From a virus, in IMG/VR virus record IMGVR_UViG_3300046004_000518, positions 46,478-110,477 of that record: 64,000 bases of DNA; one strand, 5' to 3'. The notes beneath the pieces were generated by a model. That model was not told the origin of the DNA, did not search any database, and was given only the letters and a program-made list of their open reading frames with translations. The stretch's first letter is position 1; every line of letters begins with the position of its first letter. Shown piece by piece: positions 57,675 through 64,000 of the stretch. Both the position numbers and the translations under genes were made by a program.

Positions 57675-58790
57675 ATGCTCCAAGTTGATCATGTTTACGA
57701 ATTTTTTTACTCTACTATCTTCAATGAATTCGAGATGTGTTTTTGTTTGGGCGGAGTCGTTATTTCCGACGCAGCAAACACTCATGTATTTACACGCATT
57801 GCTATGGAGGAGAAAAAAATCTTCTTTTATGATCAGGAACCATTTATACCTAGTCTAGCATTGCCGTATATGTCAAAGTTTATAACCGAACAAGGTCCAC
57901 ATATTTTAGCAATCAGCGAACATTCGGCTTGCCTAAATGATTACATCACAGACAACAATTTTAATAAATTATATTATTTCTTTCACGGCTTTGCGGCATT
58001 AGATTGGTATCGTGGATTCTATGCTCTTAACTATAATAAGCAAGTAGTTAAAGAATATACGCATGACTATGTAACGTTTAATCGTTTGGTGGCCAACGAC
58101 CGCAGTTATCGTTGTTACTTTGTTAGTAAGCTGGCAGAAGAATTTTTGTTAGAACACGGACAAATTAGTTTTGGGCTAGCAACAGAGCAGGCCACTTGGC
58201 AGGAAGAAATTGCTGATGGTAATACAAAATTATCATCTAAAGCAATTGATCATATTAAACTGCATTTACCAAGCACGCCATTGGTTATAGATAATGAACA
58301 GGTATTGGGTTCAGCTAGTGCAGATATCCCACGTTGCATTAATGATAGCCTGTGGCATATTGTAACCGAAACTGTGTTCTACTATGATAAACTACACCTA
58401 ACTGAAAAGATATTTAAACCTATTGTAATGAAACAACCATTTATGTTACTTGGCGCACTGGGTAATTTAGCCTACTTAAAGTCATACGGCTTTAAAACAT
58501 TTGAAGGCATAATAGATGAATCGTATGATTTTATTCAAGACAATGATCTACGTATAGAAGCTGTAGTTAAGCAGTTAGCTTGGTACTGTGCGTTAACAGC
58601 AGAAGAAAAACAACAGGTTATAGAGGCTATAGCGCCAATCGTAGAGTACAATTTCCATCACTTCTACGGTGAGTTCAAGCATATTATCACAAGAGAACTA
58701 CTTGATAATTGTCAGACTCTATTCAAGGAAATAGGCTACGACGATAACGCCATAGCCTATGATGATATATATCGAGTACTAACTAGTTAA
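57675..58790 (+). CDS. GT10-like glycosyltransferase #2; start revised to MLQVDH
   Basis: IVTET...HLTEKIFKPI..KQPF...LKSYGFKTFEGIIDESYD. Confidence 0.65.
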   Translation: MLQVDHVYEFFYSTIFNEFEMCFCLGGVVISDAANTHVFTRIAMEEKKIFFYDQEPFIPSLALPYMSKFITEQGPHILAISEHSACLNDYITDNNFNKLYYFFHGFAALDWYRGFYALNYNKQVVKEYTHDYVTFNRLVANDRSYRCYFVSKLAEEFLLEHGQISFGLATEQATWQEEIADGNTKLSSKAIDHIKLHLPSTPLVIDNEQVLGSASADIPRCINDSLWHIVTETVFYYDKLHLTEKIFKPIVMKQPFMLLGALGNLAYLKSYGFKTFEGIIDESYDFIQDNDLRIEAVVKQLAWYCALTAEEKQQVIEAIAPIVEYNFHHFYGEFKHIITRELLDNCQTLFKEIGYDDNAIAYDDIYRVLTS

Positions 58791-58913
58791 GCCTAACTCT
58801 TTAGCACGTTCGTATAAACTAAAGCTGGCTAAGTTCTTGCCTTTGCTTTCGCACATGATATCTGCCCATGCTAAGTGTGCCTGTTCTGCAAGTGCTTTAA
58901 TGTTTTTGTTCAT
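58779..58913 (-). pseudogene. Chimeric 44-aa ORF carrying a displaced uvsE C-terminus (MNKNIKALAEQA + HLAWADIMCESKGKNLASFSLYERAKELGLTS)
   Basis: WADIMxExKGKNLASFxLYE matches the end of UvsE; 20-nt identity CTGGCTAAGTTCTTGCCTTT with 59290-59309. Confidence 0.75.
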
Positions 58914-59164
58914 CATTTAACTCCGAAATGTTCTTTAATCTTTATACCAATTTTGCTTTGAGGATGGTTACATTTTATATGTTCGTCGCAGAGACAATCC
59001 TTTACATAATCATCCGCAACCCCAACACATTCCCGAACAATCAACTCGGCGAACTTTTCCAAGTCTGTTTCTCGACCATCCACAATAGGCACCATTGGAT
59101 TGCTCATCAGTTGAGTAAATCTTAGTCCAGCCTCATCAGCAAGTTCTCGAATTCGTTCGTTCAT
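58913..59164 (-). CDS. Phage hypothetical protein of the MNERIRELA...EKFAELIVREC...IKEHFGV type
   Basis: 83-aa ORF with a motif typical of small phage proteins. Confidence 0.75.
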   Translation of the reverse strand: MNERIRELADEAGLRFTQLMSNPMVPIVDGRETDLEKFAELIVRECVGVADDYVKDCLCDEHIKCNHPQSKIGIKIKEHFGVK

Positions 59165-59248
59165 ACTAATCCTAATTGTTTAGTTTGTGTTGCTAAAGAA
59201 TTAGGAATAGGTAAAGGTGTATGCTGTAACCTAAAAAATGGAAAACAT

Positions 59249-60280
59249 TTAATTTTCAAGGCTTTTCCAGAACTCATACAACTTAAAACTGGCTAAGTTC
59301 TTGCCTTTTGCCTCTACCATTATATCAGCCCACTGCCAGTGCTGATGTGCCCATTCATTTACAGCAGTATTCCACATAAAGTCTGAATGTGCTCGCAGTT
59401 TGCTTTTCTTGTAGCCCTGTTCTAATAATAAATTATAATCAGGTTTTACCTCAACATCATGATCAACGAGATAATCTTCACGACTAATGCTATAATGTAC
59501 AACAGGACGGACGCCACGCCAAGCATCCAGAATGCGTTGGATACGCGAGTCCATAGCGTTGATATATTCCCCCTCACGAACAAAATGGTGATGGACATCG
59601 AGCACAATAGGAATACCATGATCGCTAAGAACAAGACAGTCGTCTAGGCCATGTTTCATTTCCTCATTTTCTATAGTTAAGGTATTACGTGCTTCGGGTG
59701 ATAACTTACCGTAGACGTCAATAATACCTTGTGCACCTCTACGACCTGCAATATGCACATTACACTTGAAGTCTTGGAATGTCCGACCATAGCCCATCCA
59801 ACGGATCATATCCGCATGGTATTCAAATTCGTCTATACTTCTTCGAACAATGTCATCATTATCACTCGCAAGTACTGTGAATTGACCTGGATGAAAAGAT
59901 AAGCGCACATCAAGCAAACGAGCAAGCTCACCCACCTTACTGAACGCCTGCTCGCAATAACTAACGACATCAGGCTTGCGCCAAAAATAACACCAATCAG
60001 ACTGAGTGTATACTGGTAGTATATCAGAGCTGATACGAACCATCCTAAGGTTGCCATTTAATGTTCCAATTCGTTCTATTAACTTACGTGTTGATTCTAT
60101 GTTACCTACCATTAGGTCCCATAGTTTTTGTTCGGCAACTTCCTTAGTCTGGCGATTAAGCCATGCTACTGTTGTACTTCCGGTATTATACTGTTTAGCA
60201 TCATCAAGAGGTTTGATCCCAAGAACTTGATCGGGGCGATCAATCCACTTACAAGCAAAGCCGATGCGTTTAGTATTCAT
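59249..60280 (-). CDS. uvsE: UV-damage endonuclease; start revised to MNTKRIG (probably leaderless)
   Basis: RIGFAC, RISSD, SFHPGQF, IENE, DVHHH, AHSD, MVEAKGK. Confidence 0.93.
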   Translation of the reverse strand: MNTKRIGFACKWIDRPDQVLGIKPLDDAKQYNTGSTTVAWLNRQTKEVAEQKLWDLMVGNIESTRKLIERIGTLNGNLRMVRISSDILPVYTQSDWCYFWRKPDVVSYCEQAFSKVGELARLLDVRLSFHPGQFTVLASDNDDIVRRSIDEFEYHADMIRWMGYGRTFQDFKCNVHIAGRRGAQGIIDVYGKLSPEARNTLTIENEEMKHGLDDCLVLSDHGIPIVLDVHHHFVREGEYINAMDSRIQRILDAWRGVRPVVHYSISREDYLVDHDVEVKPDYNLLLEQGYKKSKLRAHSDFMWNTAVNEWAHQHWQWADIMVEAKGKNLASFKLYEFWKSLEN

Positions 60281-60286
60281 AATATT

Positions 60287-60315
60287 ATTATACAATTAAT
60301 TTATTAAATTGTCAA
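60287..60315 (-). promoter_or_regulatory. Sigma70 promoter TTGACA-17-TATAAT, 6 nt upstream of the uvsE ATG
   Basis: Perfect consensus; predicted TSS coincides with the ATG. Confidence 0.8.
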
Positions 60316-60317
60316 TA

Positions 60318-60638
60318 TTAATCTGCACGGCTACCAGCATAAGCACGGAAACCATATTTACTTAGTACGTCTGCGTAAGCACGAGCACCTTCTTCTAGCA
60401 CATCCATGCTTTGACCATGATAGTTACCTGGGCTCCACAAGTTTAAACATTTAGGACGATAGTCTTTCTTAAAGCCAACACCAAGTAAACCTTTGGCTTC
60501 TGCTGAGTTAGTACGGTCTACATAAACATTTACCCAGGCAAAACCACAATAAGCCATTTCACCATGTGTTTTAAGAAAAGCGTTTTGAGCGTTAGTTGCT
60601 GCTGTTTGTGCTTCGTTGTGTATAGTTTGAAAGTCCAT
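60318..60638 (-). CDS. Phage hypothetical protein (CGFAWV motif)
   Basis: AGGAG RBS; ends SRAD. Confidence 0.75.
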   Translation of the reverse strand: MDFQTIHNEAQTAATNAQNAFLKTHGEMAYCGFAWVNVYVDRTNSAEAKGLLGVGFKKDYRPKCLNLWSPGNYHGQSMDVLEEGARAYADVLSKYGFRAYAGSRAD

Positions 60639-60671
60639 TTTGTGCTCCTGTGTTGTTAGTGTATGTATAGC

Positions 60672-60700
60672 ATTATACAGTCATTTAACCAAAAAGTCAA
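60672..60700 (-). promoter_or_regulatory. Sigma70 promoter, conserved-spacer family
   Basis: TTGACT-TTTTGGTTAAATGACTG-TATAAT. Confidence 0.88.
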
Positions 60701-60708
60701 CCAAAATC

Positions 60709-60716
60709 TATAAATA
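60709..60716 (+). promoter_or_regulatory. T4-type late promoter TATAAATA
   Basis: Exact consensus upstream of the plus-strand operon. Confidence 0.7.
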
Positions 60717-60751
60717 CTTGTACAATAATAACAAAATTCAAGGAGTAGTTA

Positions 60752-61033
60752 ATGGGCGATATTTTCAAACTAATTGGCGATTTAGGCTTCCCCGTTGCAA
60801 TGGCATTAGCCGGCGGGTACTTTGTTTATCTTACAATTAAACTATTATTAGCTGGCGTACTCGGTGCAATTAAAGGTATGGCTGGTATCATCACTGCATT
60901 AGACAACAGAGTTAAAACAATGAATCACGATGTTATACGCATCGATACAGTGGTGTCAAACGCACTTGGTTTAAAACCAGACGTCGACCGTATTAGTCGT
61001 GCTGATGGTAAAAATGACGCTCGGAGAGATTAA
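60752..61033 (+). CDS. Single-TM protein with GFP motif and coiled coil (holin-like, paralog A)
   Basis: LIGDLGFPVAMALAGGYFV...ALDNRVKTMNHDVIRI. Confidence 0.6.
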   Translation: MGDIFKLIGDLGFPVAMALAGGYFVYLTIKLLLAGVLGAIKGMAGIITALDNRVKTMNHDVIRIDTVVSNALGLKPDVDRISRADGKNDARRD

Positions 61034-61827
61034 TGACTACACCAATTAACATGCGCCCGTTTACAGAACAGGCGGCCTTATTTGCACACATCAGTGAAAT
61101 AGCATACTTAGATATACCAGAAGGTCCTGCTAAATTTGCTGAACTTGGATTTATCGCAGAACTAATAGACGTAAACGGCAGTCAAGCATACTGGTTGCAA
61201 AATGATACAGATTTGGTCATTGCTTGCCGTGGTACACAACCAACAGACTTTCGTGATATAGCCGCTGATTTAAAAGCTCGTCCGGTAAAAAGCTCACAAG
61301 GCATTAACTTTGTACACGATGGATTTAAATCTAGTGTAGATAACATATGGCCTGAACTAACAGCCAAGGCTAAGAAGTACGGTAAGAAACGCACTGTGTG
61401 GTGCACGGGTCATAGTTTAGGTGCGGCTATGGCTACTTTAGTTTCATTCAAACTACAACGTGCTGAAGATTTACCCAGCCCACAGGCCTTGTTTACTTAT
61501 GGCAGTCCGAAAGTAGGTAACAAAGACTACATCAAAGCCATTGAAGAAATTGGTCTATTACACTTCCGCTTTGTCAACAATGCAGATATCGTTACACGTG
61601 TTCCACCGTGGCCATATTTACACTTTGGTGGTATGTACTATATGAACCACTGGGGTAACTTACGTACACTTACCTGGACGCAATTAATACAGGACCGCTT
61701 ACGTGGTTTTTGGAAAGGTATTAAGAAAGGTGAAATTAACTTCTTTAGTAACCACAGCATCACACGTTATAAAGAAAACTTAGAGCGTTGGGCACGTGGT
61801 GAAGAACGCTCTCAAGATAAAATTTAA
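61033..61827 (+). CDS. Class 3 lipase
   Basis: ACRGT, VHDGF, TGHSLG, YGSPKVG, NNADIVTRVP, NH. Confidence 0.92.
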   Translation: MTTPINMRPFTEQAALFAHISEIAYLDIPEGPAKFAELGFIAELIDVNGSQAYWLQNDTDLVIACRGTQPTDFRDIAADLKARPVKSSQGINFVHDGFKSSVDNIWPELTAKAKKYGKKRTVWCTGHSLGAAMATLVSFKLQRAEDLPSPQALFTYGSPKVGNKDYIKAIEEIGLLHFRFVNNADIVTRVPPWPYLHFGGMYYMNHWGNLRTLTWTQLIQDRLRGFWKGIKKGEINFFSNHSITRYKENLERWARGEERSQDKI

Positions 61828-61837
61828 GGGTAATCAA

Positions 61838-61990
61838 ATGTTTAAACTTCCGCATCAAGAATGGTTAGAGAAACAACCAAAGCACACTCAAATTTGGTTA
61901 GCAAACCAAGCAATATGGCATGATAGTGATATGATGCTGGCATTGGCAATTGGATTTGCAATTGGTGTATGCGTTGGTTGCATAGTATAG
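61838..61990 (+). CDS. Small membrane protein; start revised to MFKLPH
   Basis: C-terminal TM helix; AAGG RBS. Confidence 0.6.
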   Translation: MFKLPHQEWLEKQPKHTQIWLANQAIWHDSDMMLALAIGFAIGVCVGCIV

Positions 61991-62000
61991 GAGATCAATC

Positions 62001-62327
62001 ATGGATGTAGTAGATTTAGTAAACAAATATGGCTTTCCCATTGTTATGGCAGTGGGCATGGGATTTATCATCAAATATGTGTGGGAATGGGCAACAAAAG
62101 AGGTGAAACCAGTCATAAATGATGCAAATACTGTGCTTATTGCCTTGATTGATCGCATACGTATGTTAGACAACGATTTGATACGGTTGAATCAAAAAGT
62201 AAACACTGTACTACACCTACGTGGCAAAACCATTGAGTTTGAACGTGTAGAAGCCGAAGCAGAAATTAATAAACACACATTAAAGAAATCAGAAGATGAT
62301 AAAGCCGCTAGTGGCGGCAGTGACTAA
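62001..62327 (+). CDS. Single-TM protein with GFP motif and coiled coil (paralog B)
   Basis: LVNKYGFPIVMAVGMGF...ALIDRIRMLDNDLIRL; AGGAG RBS. Confidence 0.65.
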   Translation: MDVVDLVNKYGFPIVMAVGMGFIIKYVWEWATKEVKPVINDANTVLIALIDRIRMLDNDLIRLNQKVNTVLHLRGKTIEFERVEAEAEINKHTLKKSEDDKAASGGSD

Positions 62328-63115
62328 TCAACATTAATATCGCTGTTACTAACTGTTACAGCGATTTTTTGTGCTTCTGGGAAACGTGTACGAGTATTTT
62401 TACTACCCAATAATACAATTACACGTTGTCCTAATTCAGTATCGAGTAGCATAACCACACAACCGCCACTTTCATTTATATAACCTGTTTTACTAACACG
62501 CACATCATTGCTATTTCTAACCATCGGATTAGTGTTACCAAATTGCCACCAACGACGTTTAACTTTGATACTTACATTAGGTTTACCACTGGCTTCAGTA
62601 ATCTCCGTGTATTCATTTGCAGCTAAAACTAATTTGCCTAAGTCACGAGCATTACTAACATTGTTTGCATCTAGTCCTGTTGGGTCAGCAAATGTGGTAT
62701 TTGACATACCTAGCACAAACGCAATGTGATTCATCTCGGCAATACATCGTGCTACACCGCCTGGATAATTTGCGCCTAATGTATATGCGGCAAGGTTATC
62801 ACTCTTAACAATAGCAAGATCAATTAGTTCACCGCGAGTTAACTGTTTAACACTACGAGGTAATCGAGTGTGATATTTGTTAACTAATCGACGATCTAAT
62901 GTGATCATTTCATCCAAATTTTGGTTAGCATCCAGCACCACCATTACAGTCATTAGTTTAGTAATGCTGGCAATGGGCTGTACATGATCAGCATTCTTTT
63001 CTAGTATAACTTCGCCTGTGTTATCTGCTACTAAAAAACTTTTAGCAGTAATAGGTTTTGCTACTACTGCGGTGCAGAATAATAGCAGTAAGATAAAACT
63101 ACTTGCTCGTAGCAT
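62324..63115 (-). CDS. Peptidase S11 (D-Ala-D-Ala endo/carboxypeptidase, PBP7-like) with signal peptide; start revised to MLRASS
   Basis: ASITK (SxxK), SDN, DPTGL, KTG. Confidence 0.92.
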   Translation of the reverse strand: MLRASSFILLLLFCTAVVAKPITAKSFLVADNTGEVILEKNADHVQPIASITKLMTVMVVLDANQNLDEMITLDRRLVNKYHTRLPRSVKQLTRGELIDLAIVKSDNLAAYTLGANYPGGVARCIAEMNHIAFVLGMSNTTFADPTGLDANNVSNARDLGKLVLAANEYTEITEASGKPNVSIKVKRRWWQFGNTNPMVRNSNDVRVSKTGYINESGGCVVMLLDTELGQRVIVLLGSKNTRTRFPEAQKIAVTVSNSDINVD

Positions 63116-64000
63116 GGTACGTTCCGGACCAGTTAGCAGGAACACCTTGTTCCATGCGTTCAATCATTAGTTCATAGTAGTGTTTAATATCAACTTCATC
63201 ATTATTAACTATTTTATTAGCCCAGACCAATGCTTTACCCCAATTACCGCGAGTATATTCTTTACGATATTCTTCATGCATATAAAGATTAGTGCGACCA
63301 ACTGTATAGATATCTAACCCAATTGTCTTGCCTTTAACAGCAATGTTGTCTAGCCATACTACAGGGAATGCATCTTTACAGTATTCAGCAGTCTTAGGAC
63401 CAATGATTAGTAATACACCGTATGACTTAGTCTGTCCTTCTAACCTTGCCGCGGTACTTACGCTGTCACCTAACACGTCATAGCCAAACTTGCTTTTAGC
63501 ACCAATGTTACCAATTAAGGTTTCACCTGTGTTAACACCAGCACCCATACCAACTGGTGGACGACCACTAGCAACAAGTTCTACGTTAAAGGCCTCAATG
63601 GCTTTGATCATTTCCAATGCTGTTTGTACTGCGGTCTTGGCGTGATTAGCATCATCCAATGGAGCACCGTGTACGTGTAAACTAGCATCACCGATAAACT
63701 TGATTAAGGTACCATCATTCTTAAGCACAGGAATACTTAACGCTGTCATGTAATCGTTCATAATCTGTGTAAGGCCTTCTACATCATCACCAAACGATTC
63801 ACCTAATGTTGTAAACCCACGTAGGTCAGTCATAACAATTGAAAGTTCTTTACGTTCGCCACCTAACTTGATCAGCTCTGGATTCTTTTGTAGGCGTTCA
63901 ACAATAGTAGGGTTGACATAGCTACCAAACTGTTTCTTAATTTGTTGTTTCTGTAAGAACTCGCTAATAAACTTAACACCATAAGCGTGTAGCATAACCA
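63099..64000 (-). CDS. Class III adenylate cyclase, 5' part outside the window
   Basis: TDLRGFT, IKFIGDA, GNIG...YDVLGDSVSTAARLE. Confidence 0.9.
   Translation of the reverse strand, partial: VMLHAYGVKFISEFLQKQQIKKQFGSYVNPTIVERLQKNPELIKLGGERKELSIVMTDLRGFTTLGESFGDDVEGLTQIMNDYMTALSIPVLKNDGTLIKFIGDASLHVHGAPLDDANHAKTAVQTALEMIKAIEAFNVELVASGRPPVGMGAGVNTGETLIGNIGAKSKFGYDVLGDSVSTAARLEGQTKSYGVLLIIGPKTAEYCKDAFPVVWLDNIAVKGKTIGLDIYTVGRTNLYMHEEYRKEYTRGNWGKALVWANKIVNNDEVDIKHYYELMIERMEQGVPANWSGTYHATSK

Overview
A 64-kb segment of a large, AT-rich, T4-like (jumbo-type) tailed phage genome in the standard genetic code, with most genes on the minus strand. It encodes replication and repair proteins (clamp loader, ATP-dependent ligase, a stand-alone DnaE fragment, MazG, UvsE), a baseplate/tail-fibre block and short early genes driven by at least 15 near-consensus sigma70 promoters; T4-late-like TAAATA boxes precede several structural and late genes. 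It also carries many host-type genes (groES-groEL, a second groES, clpP, cspA, infA, erpA, TraR/DksA, phoH, a PBP7-like peptidase and an adenylate cyclase) that look proteobacterial, probably betaproteobacterial (inference). Highlights outside the ORF track are (1) a circularly permuted two-piece tmRNA with an atypical 29-aa basic tag ending TFA, (2) a ROSE-like RNA thermometer before groES, (3) an RBS-sequestering hairpin containing a promoter upstream of mazG and (4) a displaced alternative uvsE 3' end. The best candidates for an undescribed system are a cluster of three amidinotransferases with an ATE/Bpt-like transferase, a 2OG-oxygenase, Ugd and two GT10-like proteins (48.1-58.8 kb); a sulfotransferase-like/di-iron/amidotransferase/methyltransferase cluster (0.76-4.7 kb); and a ParB-like plus GIY-YIG two-gene cassette. 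All family assignments come from recognising motifs by eye; no database searches were run.
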